Below are positions 50,597 to 61,427 of a DNA stretch of 64,000 nucleotides, piece by piece (the first letter of the stretch is position 1; the number at the start of each line of letters is the position of its first letter). The notes below the pieces were generated by a model. That model was not told the DNA's origin and searched no databases. It saw nothing but the letters and a program-made list of their open reading frames with translations. Position numbers and translations under genes: made by a program. The DNA is from an uncultured Planctomycetota bacterium (GTDB lineage Bacteria > Planctomycetota > PLA2 > JAEUHO01), in the NCBI GenBank assembly GCA_963752285.1, contig CAVVXN010000005.1, positions 2,175,284 through 2,239,283 of the forward strand. The letters run 5' to 3'.

Positions 50597-51568
50597 ATGC
50601 GTCACTGGATCCTCGGCGCCGCCGCGTGCGCCTTCGTCGTCCTCGCGGTGGCCCCCGCCGGCGCGGACACGGCCTACGTGAGCACGTACTACAGCACGCT
50701 CACGACCATCGACACGAGCGCGGGTTCCACCAGCTCGTTCTCGTATGCGGGCACCGCCGACACCCGTGGCGCCGCCTTCGACCTCGACGGCACCCTCTAC
50801 ACGACGACGAACGGCGGGGCGTCGCTCGGCGCCTACGACACGACGACCGGCGCGGTGACGGTGATCGGGAGCCTCCTCGGCGCGGGCTCATTCGACCAGC
50901 TCTACGCGATCGACATCGACTCGAACGGCACGCTCTACGGCGTCACGTGGACGTACGGGTACCTGTACCAGATCGACAAGTCCACGGGCACGCCGACCCA
51001 GATCGGCTCGACGGGCGCGTTCGGCTTCACCGACCTCGCGTTCGACGCGAACGACGTCCTCTGGGGCGTCGCCTCGAACCAGCTCTACACGATCGACGTC
51101 TCGACCGGCCAGGCCACCCTGCAAGGCTCGATCAGCGGCGTGGCGGCCTACACGTACGTCGAAGGCATCATGTTCGACGCGGCGGGGAACCTGCTCGCGA
51201 CCACGAGCACGGCGAACGCTCCGCTCCTCTACATCGACCTCTCGACGTTCGCCGCGACACAGGTCGCTCTGACCGGCGCCTTCATGCCCTACGCCGGCGA
51301 CATCTTCGTCCCCGTCGCCTCGGCGTCGGACGACCCGACCACGGGGGACGAGGGCGACGACGCGGACGGCGAGGACGACGGCTGTGACGGCCACCACCGC
51401 CAGGACGGCGCTCACGGGCACCACGGGCACCACGGGCACCACGGGCACCATGGACGCTTCGGCCCGCACTCGCACGAGAGCCACGGCCACCCGTCCGCGG
51501 CGCAACACGGCCACGCCGCCGCGGCGAGCCACGCCTGCGCCGGGCACGACGCGCACGGCCACCGCTAA
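50597..51568 (+). CDS. secreted repeat protein with C-terminal His-rich (HHG)n tail
   Basis: Signal peptide. Repeated TxYxxDxxTG motifs. The tail HHGHHGHHGHHG is encoded by a 9-bp repeat at 51412..51450. Confidence 0.6.
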   Translation: MRHWILGAAACAFVVLAVAPAGADTAYVSTYYSTLTTIDTSAGSTSSFSYAGTADTRGAAFDLDGTLYTTTNGGASLGAYDTTTGAVTVIGSLLGAGSFDQLYAIDIDSNGTLYGVTWTYGYLYQIDKSTGTPTQIGSTGAFGFTDLAFDANDVLWGVASNQLYTIDVSTGQATLQGSISGVAAYTYVEGIMFDAAGNLLATTSTANAPLLYIDLSTFAATQVALTGAFMPYAGDIFVPVASASDDPTTGDEGDDADGEDDGCDGHHRQDGAHGHHGHHGHHGHHGRFGPHSHESHGHPSAAQHGHAAAASHACAGHDAHGHR

Positions 51569-51751
51569 CGACGGTCGGGCGCGACCCCGTCGCGCCGCCT
51601 TCGTCTCCTCGCCCGACCCGGCGCGCTGGACCTGCCGGCCCCGACCGGTGGGCCCCGAAGGGACGACCGCGCCCGTCGCGGGTTCCATGTCCCGGTCCGG
51701 GCCCTGGCGCGCCACCGCGCGCGGCCCCGGTCACGGGAGGCGCGGTCCCCG

Positions 51752-52387
51752 ATGACGTTTCACCCCGGGACGCTCGCGGCGAAGGTGCTCCGACGGCTCG
51801 CGCGGCTCGTGTGGCTCCGCATGGACGACGTCGTCGCGGTCGTGCGCCTCGACGGCGCGCCGCCGGGTCCCGCGCGCCCGGTGGAGGGCGCCGTCGTCCG
51901 CGTCGCGACGGAAGCGGACGTGGACCGCACGGACCGCGGCGCCGTCCGGTCCCCGGCGTTCCGGGAGCGGCTCCGGTCGGCGACGGGCGTCGTGGCGGAG
52001 GCGAACGGGGCGCTCCTCGGCCACGCCTGGATCACGTGGGGCCCCCGCGGCCGGGAGGGCGACCCGCCGTTCCTCTACGCGGTCACGCCCCCGGCCGGCA
52101 CCGCGTACGTCTTCGACGTGGAGGTCGCCCCCGCCGCCCGGGGCCGCGGGATCGGCCTGTGCGTCGTCGCCGCGGCGCTCGACGAGGCCCGCCGGCGCGG
52201 CGCCCGGCGCGTCGTCCTGACGCACGACCGTCGGAACGCGCCGATGACGAGGCTGGTCGCCCGGCTGGGCTTCACCTCCGCGGGCGTCCTCCGGTACCGC
52301 CGGCTGTTCGGGCTCGCGTGGCGCGACGTCCGCGCGCTCGACGAGGTGTTGAAAAGCCCTTCGCCGGAGGGCGGCGCGGCGCCCTGA
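51752..52387 (+). CDS. GNAT family N-acetyltransferase
   Basis: VAPAARGRGIGLCVVAAALDEARRRGARRVVL is the acetyl-CoA binding motif. Confidence 0.65.
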   Translation: MTFHPGTLAAKVLRRLARLVWLRMDDVVAVVRLDGAPPGPARPVEGAVVRVATEADVDRTDRGAVRSPAFRERLRSATGVVAEANGALLGHAWITWGPRGREGDPPFLYAVTPPAGTAYVFDVEVAPAARGRGIGLCVVAAALDEARRRGARRVVLTHDRRNAPMTRLVARLGFTSAGVLRYRRLFGLAWRDVRALDEVLKSPSPEGGAAP

Positions 52388-52445
52388 CCGGACCGCCACG
52401 GGTACCATGCTCCGCCTCGAGAACGCCTGGGAAGGGAGCCCCGCC

Positions 52446-53993
52446 ATGCCCCATTGCCGCCGGCCCGTCGTCCGCCACCCGGTCCTCCTCGCCGCCGCCC
52501 TCCTCGTGCTGGCGGGCCTCGCGGACGCCTCGCCCCAGGACGTCCAGCCGGGCCAGACGCTCGCGACGTACCGCACGGAGGGGACCACGCTCCACGCGGA
52601 GCCCAAGACGCTCTCGAAGGCGCTCGCGAGCCTCGCCACCGGCGAGCGCGTCCGCGTGCTCGAAGTGAAGTACCCGTGGGCGCGCGTCGAGCTCCTCCGG
52701 GCCGGCGCCACCACCGGCTGGCTCCGCGCGCTCGAGCTCGTGGACCCGGCGACGCTGGTCCCGAACCCGCGCCCCGCGTCCGCGCTCGCGGGCGCAATGG
52801 ACCCGCGCGTCAGCCAGGAGGACCAGAGCACGGCGGGACGGCAGTTCACGGAGGACACGGAGCGCGCGTACCGCCAGGCGCACATGGACCTCCAGAGCGC
52901 CTACCTCCTCGTAGACCAGATGGAGCGGGCCACGAGCCAGATGATCCCCGCGGAGTGCGTGGCCTTCATCCGGGACGGCTCGCTCGGCCAGAAGGGGCAG
53001 GACGACAAGCTGCCCGGACGGCTCCCGCCGGACCCCGTGCCGCGCAGCCCGAGCGCGGGCCCGGGCGGCGGCGGCGGGCCCCTCGGCGGGCTCGGCGGCC
53101 TCCGGGGCTTCCTGCCGCCCGGCGTGAAGGACAAGCTCGGCGGCGACAAGCCCCTCGGCCGGATCGCCGAGGCCGTCGTGACCGGCGCGCCCGAGTTCAT
53201 GCAGCAGATGAACCGACAGTTCACGCCGCAGCAGGAGTACTACCTCGGCCGCGCGGTCGCCGCGAACGCGATCGCGAAGTACGGCCTCGACCGGGACGAG
53301 CGCCGCCGCGCGTACGTCCGCCACGTCGGCGACGCGATCGTCCGACTCGCGCGTCCGAACTACATCCCGCCGACGTTCGGCGGCTACCACTTCGACGTCC
53401 TCGCGAGCGACGAGGTGAACGCCGTGAGCGGGCCGGGCGGTTTCGTGCTCGTGACGCGCGGCGCCGTCGAGGCCTGCCGGACGGAGGACGAGCTCGCCGC
53501 GATCCTCTCCCACGAGCTCGCTCATGTCTTCCGGAGGCACGCGGAGGCGGCGCTGCGCCAGAGCAGTCAGTGGCAGGGCATCGCGCAGGGCGTGACCCGG
53601 CTCGTCGGCGCGGGAACGGGTCTCGACCGCAACGGCTGGTCCGCCCAGCTTCTCAGGCTGTTCGAGACGGCCGTGGGCCAGATGGCGAAGAACTCGGTCG
53701 AGCACAACTACGGGAGCGCCGCGGAGTTCGACGCCGACCTGCAGGGCACGTACCTCCTGATGGAGGTCGTGTACGACCACCGCGCGCTCTACGACGTCCT
53801 GCGGGAGCTCGCGAAGCGGCCCCACGCGTACGGAGCGGGGGCGACCCACGCGAGCCCCGAGGTCCGCGCGGCGCAGCTCCAGCCGATCGTCGCGAAGTGG
53901 CCGACCTTCCCGTACGGCGACGAGGTCCTGGCCGACCGGCGCGCGCGGTTCGAGGCGGCGCTCGGACGGGCCCGGGCCGCGCCGCCGCGCTGA
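52446..53993 (+). CDS. M48-family zinc metallopeptidase
   Basis: HELAHVFRRH is HExxH. The N-terminus has a signal peptide and an SH3-like region. Confidence 0.65.
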   Translation: MPHCRRPVVRHPVLLAAALLVLAGLADASPQDVQPGQTLATYRTEGTTLHAEPKTLSKALASLATGERVRVLEVKYPWARVELLRAGATTGWLRALELVDPATLVPNPRPASALAGAMDPRVSQEDQSTAGRQFTEDTERAYRQAHMDLQSAYLLVDQMERATSQMIPAECVAFIRDGSLGQKGQDDKLPGRLPPDPVPRSPSAGPGGGGGPLGGLGGLRGFLPPGVKDKLGGDKPLGRIAEAVVTGAPEFMQQMNRQFTPQQEYYLGRAVAANAIAKYGLDRDERRRAYVRHVGDAIVRLARPNYIPPTFGGYHFDVLASDEVNAVSGPGGFVLVTRGAVEACRTEDELAAILSHELAHVFRRHAEAALRQSSQWQGIAQGVTRLVGAGTGLDRNGWSAQLLRLFETAVGQMAKNSVEHNYGSAAEFDADLQGTYLLMEVVYDHRALYDVLRELAKRPHAYGAGATHASPEVRAAQLQPIVAKWPTFPYGDEVLADRRARFEAALGRARAAPPR

Positions 53994-54500
53994 TCACGCC
54001 GCCGGGTCGGCGTCGCCGCGGTCCACGAGCGCCCAGCCCAGAAGCAGCCAGTGGACGCCCAGGTAGAACGCGAGCGCCCACGCGCCCGCGAGCGGGCGGT
54101 CGCGGACGAGGCACACGCCGAAGAACACGGCGAGGAGGCCGTCCACGAGGACGGCCAGGCCCCACCGCCGACGCCGTCGCGGGAACGCCGCCGCGAGGAG
54201 GAAGAGGCCCCGGACCAGGAGGTACCCCGCGAGGGCGTACCGCGCGGGCGCGAGTCCGGCGACCTCGTGGAAGAGCAGGGCGAGCCCGCCGCCCAGGGCG
54301 AAGATCCCGCCGAACACGTCGGGGACGTCCGGCGTGCGCGTCCCGGCGTGGCGCGCGGCGACGACCTCGAGGACGCCGAGCAGGACGAGGAGCCCGCCCG
54401 CCACGAACGGGGCGCCCCGGTACGTCACGAGCGGGGCGATCGCCACGACGACGGCCGCGGCGATCAGGACGAAGCCGAACCTGGTGATGCCGTGTCGCAC
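53994..54500 (-). CDS. HdeD/DUF308-family membrane protein
   Basis: Four to six hydrophobic helices. The start is uncertain. Confidence 0.4.
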   Translation of the reverse strand: MRHGITRFGFVLIAAAVVVAIAPLVTYRGAPFVAGGLLVLLGVLEVVAARHAGTRTPDVPDVFGGIFALGGGLALLFHEVAGLAPARYALAGYLLVRGLFLLAAAFPRRRRRWGLAVLVDGLLAVFFGVCLVRDRPLAGAWALAFYLGVHWLLLGWALVDRGDADPAA

Positions 54501-54531
54501 GGGGCTCCCGGGGAAGGGGACCGAGCCTACC

Positions 54532-55863
54532 TCAGGACCGCGTCGGGGACACCGGGAGCCCGACGCGCGCCGCCTCGCGCCCTGCGGCCTCGTCCACGCC
54601 GAGGAGGAGCAGCCCACCCACCACGAAGAAGGCGATCACCACCGCGAACCCCGCGCGTTGCGAGTCGAAGGCCTCCGTGAGCGTCCCGAGCAGCAGGGGG
54701 CCGAGGAACGCGGTGGCCTTGCCCGAGAACGCGAAGAAGCCGTAGAACTCGCTCTCCATGTCCTTCGGGACGAATCGGCCCATGAGCGCACGGCTCGCGG
54801 ACTGGTTCGGGCCGACGAACACCCCGAGGAGCGCCGCCGCGACCCAGAACACCGTCTCGTCCGCCGTCAGGACGGCCGCGAGCGTCGCGAGGGACAGCGC
54901 CCCGAGCGTGACGAGGATCGTCCGCTTGCCGCCGAGGCGGTCGTCCCACCGCGCGAACACGACCGCGCCCAGCGCGGCGGTGACGTTCAAGAGGATCCCG
55001 AAGCCCACCAGCTTCGACACGGTGAACCCGAACGTGCCCGTCGCGTAGATCGCGCCGAAACCGAACACGGTGACGAGGCCGTCGTTGTAGACGAGGCGGG
55101 CGAGGAGGAACCGCACGACCTGGCGGTAGCGCCGCACCTCGTGGAGGGTCCGAAGGAGCTGTCCGAAGGCCGCACGGACGAGGGGCGTCCCGGGCGGGCT
55201 CGCGCGCGAACGGTCCTCGCGCACGCGGACGAAGATCGGGATCGAGAAGACCGCGAACCAGGCCGCCGCGACCCACATCGCCACGCGAACGTGCTGGCCG
55301 CTCTCCTTGTCGAGGCCGAAGGGCGGCACCGAGCCCGCGACGAGCGGCAGCACCAGGAGCAGCGCGAGGATCCCGCCGACGTAGCCGAGGGCCCAGCCGT
55401 AGCCGCTGACGCGTCCGAGCGCGTCCGGCGGTGCGAGGTCGGGGAGGAACGCGTTGTAGAGCGCGCATCCCATCTCGTACGCGACGTTCGCCACAGTGAA
55501 GATCGCGAGCGCGGCCCACGCGAGCCCGAGTCCGGGCGGCACGACCTCGAGCGCGGCGGTCGCGGCGACGCACACCACGGTCGTCGCGAGGAGAAGCGCC
55601 TTCCTCCGTCCGCCGCGGTCCGCGACCGCGCCCATGACCGGCGAGAGCAGGGCCACGATCAGCGCGCTGACCGTGACCGCGCGCGACCAGAGCGCCGTGC
55701 CCGCGTTCTCGTCGGCAGCGAACCGTTTCGTGAAGAACGCCGAGTAGACGAACGTCACGACGACGGTCGTGAACGCGGAGTTCCCGAAGTCGTAGAGGCA
55801 CCACGCGAGGATCGCGCCGCGATCGCCTCGCTGCCCTCGCCCGGCCCGATCCTCGCCCATCGA
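54532..55863 (-). CDS. MFS transporter (UMF1/Atg22-like)
   Basis: ILAWCLYDFGNSAFTTVVVTFVY with 12 TM helices. Confidence 0.7.
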   Translation of the reverse strand, partial: SMGEDRAGRGQRGDRGAILAWCLYDFGNSAFTTVVVTFVYSAFFTKRFAADENAGTALWSRAVTVSALIVALLSPVMGAVADRGGRRKALLLATTVVCVAATAALEVVPPGLGLAWAALAIFTVANVAYEMGCALYNAFLPDLAPPDALGRVSGYGWALGYVGGILALLLVLPLVAGSVPPFGLDKESGQHVRVAMWVAAAWFAVFSIPIFVRVREDRSRASPPGTPLVRAAFGQLLRTLHEVRRYRQVVRFLLARLVYNDGLVTVFGFGAIYATGTFGFTVSKLVGFGILLNVTAALGAVVFARWDDRLGGKRTILVTLGALSLATLAAVLTADETVFWVAAALLGVFVGPNQSASRALMGRFVPKDMESEFYGFFAFSGKATAFLGPLLLGTLTEAFDSQRAGFAVVIAFFVVGGLLLLGVDEAAGREAARVGLPVSPTRS

Positions 55864-55889
55864 CCCTCCCGCCCGTCCGGCGGCCGAGG

Positions 55890-56770
55890 CTAATCGATCC
55901 AGGCAGGCGGGGCGATCCGCGCGACGATCCACACGGCCACGCCGGAGAGGACGAGCGCGCCCGCGGTCCCGAGGAGCCCGCCGGCCCGACCCGTCCGGAC
56001 GAGGAGGACGCCGCCCACCGCGGCGAGGGCGAGGAGCACCGCGGCCGCGAGCGGGAAGGACGTTTCGCCGGGGTGGTTCAGGTACGCGTGGCCCGACACC
56101 AGCAGGCCCGTGAAGACGAGCGAGACGGGCGCCGCCGCGGCCGGGAGGACCTCGCGCGCGAGGGGACCGCGCGCGCCGGCGAGCGTGGCACCGAGCGTGG
56201 CGCCCGCAAGCGCCCCCGCCACCCCGCCGAGCACGAAGGAGCCGGCGAACCGCGCGTACGCCGCCGCGGTCGCGCCGATCGCGAGCGCGAGGGGCACCGC
56301 CGCCGCGAGGCCCGGGCGGCGCCCCGTGACCGGACGAAGGGCCGTCCACAGCGCGCTCGCGAGGAGGGCTCCCGCCGCCACGTGGACCGCCTCGAGGCCG
56401 GGCGAGAGCCCCCGGTGGGGCGCCACGACGAGCCACGCCGCCGCACCCCCCGCGAGGGCGCGAAGCAGTCCCCGGAGCGCGAACGGCAGGCGGCGGGCCT
56501 CGACGACGCCGGCCAGCCACCCGAGCGGCGCGAACCAGAGCGTCCACCGCCAGGCGTCTTCGCCGGGCGCGAGGGGGAGAGACGGCCACGGCACGAGCCG
56601 CAGCGCGCCCACCCCGAACGCGAAGACGAGGACGAGCGCTGCGGCGGGTCCGAGAAGCGCCCTCGCGCCGACACGCCGGGCGAGGAGCGAGAGCACGAGG
56701 ACCCCCGCCGCCGACACGGCGCCGGGGAGCAAGACGGCCCCGAGCGCCTCGCTCTCGTACGTCACGGCAG
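55890..56770 (-). CDS. hypothetical integral membrane protein
   Basis: Multiple hydrophobic segments. The start is uncertain. Confidence 0.35.
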
Positions 56771-56824
56771 CGAGGGGAGCGAGTCGCCCCACGCGCGTCG
56801 CCGCCGCGCAACTCGCCCGCTCCG

Positions 56825-57423
56825 CTACTGCCTCTGGCCCTCGACCGCGATCGTGATCCACACCGTGTCGCTGACGCCGGGGATCCCCCCCGTCATGCCG
56901 AACCGGCTCCGCTCGATCGTCGTCGAGCCCTCGAAGCCCGTGCGGTGGCCCACGCGCGGGTCATCGATCTCGCCGGTCTTCACGACCTTCATCTGGACCG
57001 GCTTCGTCACGCCGTGGAGCGTCAGGTCGCCGGTCACGTTCCACGCGTCGGTCCCCGCCTTCTCGACCTTCGTGCTCTTGAAGGTCATCTCCGGGTACTG
57101 CTCGACGTCGAAGAAGTCCGCCGAGCGCAGGTGCTGATCGCGCTTCTCGTTGTTGGTGTCCACGCTCGCGGTCTGGATCGTGAGCTCGACGCTCGACGCG
57201 TCCGGCGCGTCGGCGTCGAGCAGGTACCGGCCCGAGAAGTCGTCGAAGCGCCCGTACACGTGGCTCACGTCCATGTGCTTCACCTTGAACATCGCCGTCG
57301 AGTGCGCGGGGTCGATCTCGTACGTCGAGGGCGCCGCGACGGCGGGCCCGACCCGCACGAAGGCGACGAGGAGGGCGGCCCCGAGGGCCAGGGCGACCGC
57401 GAGCACGCGGGGGGAGGTCGTCA
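56825..57423 (-). CDS. YceI-family periplasmic protein, paralog 1
   Basis: Signal peptide. YEIDPAHSTAMFKVKHMDVSHVYGRF...GDLTLHGVTKPV. Confidence 0.8.
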
Positions 57424-57602
57424 TGGGCGATGCTCCTTCGGCTTCGGCCCGCGCACGGGCGGGCCGGGGGGGGCCCGAGGGTGGCAACGGTTCCGGGGCC
57501 CCGGCCCCGGCCCGCAGGGACCCGTGACCAAGGCCCCGCCGGGCGGCGGGACGCCAGGGGGCTGGGCCAGGCCGATCCGGCGCAGAGAGGACGCCGAGCC
57601 GC

Positions 57603-58208
57603 CTACTTGCGGACACCCTCCACCGCGACCGTGACGTGAACCTCGTCCCCGATCGCCGGGAGCGCGTACGTCATCCCGAACTCGCTCCGCTTGATCGTCA
57701 TCGTGCCCTCGAACCCGGTGCGGTGCTCGTGGTGCATGCCCTCGCCCTCGCCGGTCTTCACGAGGTCCATGGTCATCGGTTTCGTGACGCCGTGGAGCGT
57801 GAGGTTCCCGTCCACGCGCCACCGGTCCGGACCCGGCATCGCGACCTTCGTGCTCTTGAAGGTCATCGTCGGGAACTGCTCGACGTTCAGGTAGTCGGCC
57901 CCCATCAGGTCCTGGTTGCGCTTCGCGTTGTTCGTGTCGATGCTGTTCGTCTCGACGGTGATGTCCACCTCCGAGGAGGCGGGCGCGGCCGCGTCGAGCA
58001 CGTAGCGGCCCGAGAACACGTCGAAGCGCCCGTAGACGTAGCCGACGTCCAGGTGCTTCACCTTGAAGAGGAAGGTCGAGTGCACGGGGTCGATCTCGTA
58101 CGTCTCCGGCGCGGCGAGGGCGGGTCCGCCCGCGAAGAACGAGGCGACGCTCACGGCGGCGAGCCCGAGGACGAGCGGAAGGGCGAGGGAGCGGGCGGAT
58201 CGCGACAT
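57603..58208 (-). CDS. YceI-family periplasmic protein, paralog 2
   Basis: YEIDPVHSTFLFKVKHLDVGYVYGRF...GNLTLHGVTKPM. Tandem with paralog 1. Confidence 0.8.
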   Translation of the reverse strand: MSRSARSLALPLVLGLAAVSVASFFAGGPALAAPETYEIDPVHSTFLFKVKHLDVGYVYGRFDVFSGRYVLDAAAPASSEVDITVETNSIDTNNAKRNQDLMGADYLNVEQFPTMTFKSTKVAMPGPDRWRVDGNLTLHGVTKPMTMDLVKTGEGEGMHHEHRTGFEGTMTIKRSEFGMTYALPAIGDEVHVTVAVEGVRK

Positions 58209-58415
58209 GGGGTTCCTCCGGGGCCGGGGACCGGGCGGGCCTCCCGCCCCGTCCTGCGCGCCCAAGGGTGGCAACGGCCGCGGGGGGAGCGACCGGACCG
58301 GCCGCGCGAGTCGTGACCTAGGGCCCGGCCGTGGACCGCGCGTCGCGGACCCGGAGGCGCTGGGAGGCGTCGCTCGACGCCCGCGGGGGGGGCCCGAAGG
58401 GTCCGCGCTCCGGCG

Positions 58416-59360
58416 TCACACGTCGGCGGTGTCGAGGACGCCGAGCGTCTCGCGCTCCCACGCCTCCAGCGGGCGGCGGAACGCGAACGAGACGATGAGT
58501 CGTCCCGGCACCTCGGGGATGTCGCCGACCGTCAGCACCCGGACCGGCCCGTACCACACCGAGTCCCCCCGCTCGTCGTCCACCAGGACGTCTACGATCG
58601 CCCCGTACGCCTTCGAGAACGCGACGACACGGTCGGTGAGCGACGCCTCGGGGCGGAAGAGCGGCTCGCCGGAGCGGTCCTCCAGGCAGAGCACGCCGCC
58701 CTCCGAGCTGAACTCGAGCGGCCGGCCCTGGAGGGCGCCCGCCGGAGCGCGGGTCCTGGAGAGGATCGTCGCCGTGAGGCGCATGGGGGCCCGGCTCCCG
58801 TGGCCGGGGCTGGGGACGCGCGAGGCGGCCCGCCAGGCCGCATCGTCGGAGGCGACCGGGGACGCGGGTCGCGCGCCGGCGTTCGGCCGTCGGACCCGAG
58901 GGGCCTCCGCGGCCATCCGGCGGCGCGCCACGTCGGGCGGCTCGCCGGGACGCGGAAGCGGGAGGCCGAGGGCCTCGGCGTCGTCCTCGGTCAGCGCGGG
59001 CACGAGCTCGCAGCCCAGCTCGAGCAGCCCTTCGTCGGAGCGCTGGGGACTCACCCGGACGATCTTGAGGCTCCGCCGGACGAGCGACCCCAGGTGCTCG
59101 GGGTCGAGCTCGACCACGACCTTCACGGCCCGGGGCTGGTCGAGCACGCGGGCGAGGGAGGCCAGGGAGTCCCCGCCCCCCGCGCCGACGTCCACGGCGA
59201 GCCGGATCCCCGTGCGGGAGATGTCGAGGACCCGGGCCCGCGGCCAGGTGGCCGGGGAGACCACCCGCACGGACACGTCACACCGTACGCGACCGCTGGT
59301 GCGGTGCTCGGGGCGAGGCGGGTAGGGGGGGCGGCCTTCGGGGCTCATCGTGCGCCCCAT
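58416..59360 (-). CDS. PilZ domain protein
   Basis: RVRCDVSVRVVSP...ARVLDISRTGIRLAVD matches the RxxxR...DxSxxG motif. Confidence 0.55.
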   Translation of the reverse strand: MGRTMSPEGRPPYPPRPEHRTSGRVRCDVSVRVVSPATWPRARVLDISRTGIRLAVDVGAGGGDSLASLARVLDQPRAVKVVVELDPEHLGSLVRRSLKIVRVSPQRSDEGLLELGCELVPALTEDDAEALGLPLPRPGEPPDVARRRMAAEAPRVRRPNAGARPASPVASDDAAWRAASRVPSPGHGSRAPMRLTATILSRTRAPAGALQGRPLEFSSEGGVLCLEDRSGEPLFRPEASLTDRVVAFSKAYGAIVDVLVDDERGDSVWYGPVRVLTVGDIPEVPGRLIVSFAFRRPLEAWERETLGVLDTADV

Positions 59361-59678
59361 CCATCGACCATTTCCCGGCCTCGGATCAAGCCCTCCGTCC
59401 CGGTCCCCGGGCCGGACCCGGCCCTCCGGCCCGGGACGTGCGGCCCCCGCCCCACGGCGCCCGCAGGGCGCCGCCGCGCGGTCGCGGGCGCCGTCGGCCC
59501 GGGGCCTGCCCTTCGCGCGCCCGAGGACGAGCGCACGCGCTCGCGTCGCGAAGCGGGAGCCCCGGGAGCAGGCCGCCCGAGACCCCGCGCGCGCCCACGC
59601 CCGGCACGCGAGATCGTGCTCGCCCGTGCGCTCGTGACCTCGACCCTCGACCGCCCCCCGGACCTCCCCCTCGTGCGC

Positions 59679-60046
59679 TCAGATCACCCGCCCCCACCCC
59701 TGTTCCCTCAGCCTTCGCCAGCGGGCCACGTAGACCATCTCGAAAAGGTCGAGGCGGTCGGGCAGCACCTCGCGGACGTGGTCGCGGAGGGCCTCGATCG
59801 CGATCTCCACGTCGATCTCGGCGACGTCCGTGTAGAGGATCGTCCAGGTGATCGCGTCCGCGCGGCGCTTCAGGTCCTCGGCGGCGCGCCGACCGGCCCG
59901 GCGCCGCCCACCCACCGGGAGCGGCGTCCGTCGCTCCTGGGGCGCGTCGCGCTCGACGAGCGCGCCGCACGTGCACGGGACCCGACGGCCGAAGGCGAAG
60001 AGCGTCGCGTCGTACTCGGCGCCGCAGCGTGGGCACAGGATCGACA
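59679..60046 (-). CDS. zinc-ribbon hypothetical protein
   Basis: CPRCGAEYD...VPCTCG. GTG start is possible. Confidence 0.35.
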
Positions 60047-60303
60047 CGAGCCCATCGTACGCGTCGCGAAGCCCACGGGGCGCGGACCCGGCCGGTTGCG
60101 ACCTCCGCGCAGAGCCCACGGGGCGCGCGACGTGTTCGACGCAAGGCGCGATCGCACGCCGGCTCGGGACGCGGGGCGCCCGCCCGTCCCCCGTGGGCGA
60201 CGGGGGTCGCCCACGACGCGCACCCGATGAATCGGGGACCGGCGCGCGCAGCGCCGCGCGACGCACGACCGCGCGACGCGCGGCCGCGCTCGGGTCCTTC
60301 AGG

Positions 60304-60652
60304 CTACCCCTCGCGGAGCAGCCGGCGGAGCCGGCTCACCATCCGGTCCACGCCCCCGCCGGGGAACTGCTTCCGGCTCTCCCCGCCCACGAAGATCACG
60401 TTGAAGGGGAGGTCGTGGACCTCGGCGACCCACGGGTTCGCCTTCTTGAAGCCGATCCAGCCCGGCCGGTCGAGGAGCAGCTTCCCGAACCGGACGTCGG
60501 GCCACTCCGCGTCGGTCTCGAGGAAGGCCTCGAGCTCGGTCGTCCACTGGTTGCACGCGGGGCAGTCGCTCTTGCCGAGCATGAGCACGCTCGCCGGCGC
60601 GCCGACGAAGGCCTCCCAGGTCGAGGGCTCCAGCATCTCGAGACGGCTCATC
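60304..60652 (-). CDS. thioredoxin-like protein
   Basis: SDCPACNQW is the CxxC motif. Confidence 0.6.
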
Positions 60653-60763
60653 GTGTCCCCTGCGTCGTGCGGGGCGGGACGACCCGCGTCGTCCCGCGCC
60701 CGCGAGAGCGCCCGCACGCCGCGTGCGCCGGCGCGGGTCGTGCGGGGGATGCCGATCGCTTCG

Positions 60764-61288
60764 TCACGCGACGAAACGATCTCCCTTGTGCCAGTCGGCG
60801 CCGCAGAGACCGCCGGCCTGGAGCGCCTGCGCGGTGCGCAGGACCTCGGAGGGGCTCCGCCCCACGCTCAGGTCGTTGACCGACATCGCGCGGACGACGC
60901 CCTGCGCGTCCACGATCACGGTGGCCCGGTACGCGACGCCGGCCTCCTCCTTCAGGACGCCGAAGAGACGGCTCAGGTTGTGGTTCGTGTCGGCGACCAC
61001 CGGGTGGGTGATCTCCTGCGGAAACGTCTTGCGGTCCGCGAACCACGCCTTGTGGCTGTAGTAGGAGTCCGTGCTCGCTCCGATGACCGCGATGCCGTCG
61101 TCCTGGAAGTCCTCGAGCTTCTCCTGGAAGCCCTTGATCTCGGTGGGGCAGACGAAGGTGAAGTCCAGCGGATACCAGTACAGGATGTACCACTTGCCGG
61201 CGAAGTCGGAGCTCTTGACCTCCTTCTCCTCACCGTCCACGTATGCGGTGGCGCTCCACTGGGGCGCCTTCTGACCGACCATGCTCAT
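60764..61288 (-). CDS. peroxiredoxin (AhpC/TSA family)
   Basis: YPLDFTFVCPTEI carries the peroxidatic Cys. Confidence 0.85.
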   Translation of the reverse strand: MSMVGQKAPQWSATAYVDGEEKEVKSSDFAGKWYILYWYPLDFTFVCPTEIKGFQEKLEDFQDDGIAVIGASTDSYYSHKAWFADRKTFPQEITHPVVADTNHNLSRLFGVLKEEAGVAYRATVIVDAQGVVRAMSVNDLSVGRSPSEVLRTAQALQAGGLCGADWHKGDRFVA

Positions 61289-61427
61289 CGCGAGATGCCT
61301 CCGGGGTTCGGGGGGATCCTCGGGGGATCCGGCTTCGACCCGCGCACCCCCGAGAGAGTCCCCGAGTGTACGCGATCCCCGAGCGGTGGCGGACCGCAGA
61401 CGGACCGCTCCGGCGCGCCGCGCGATG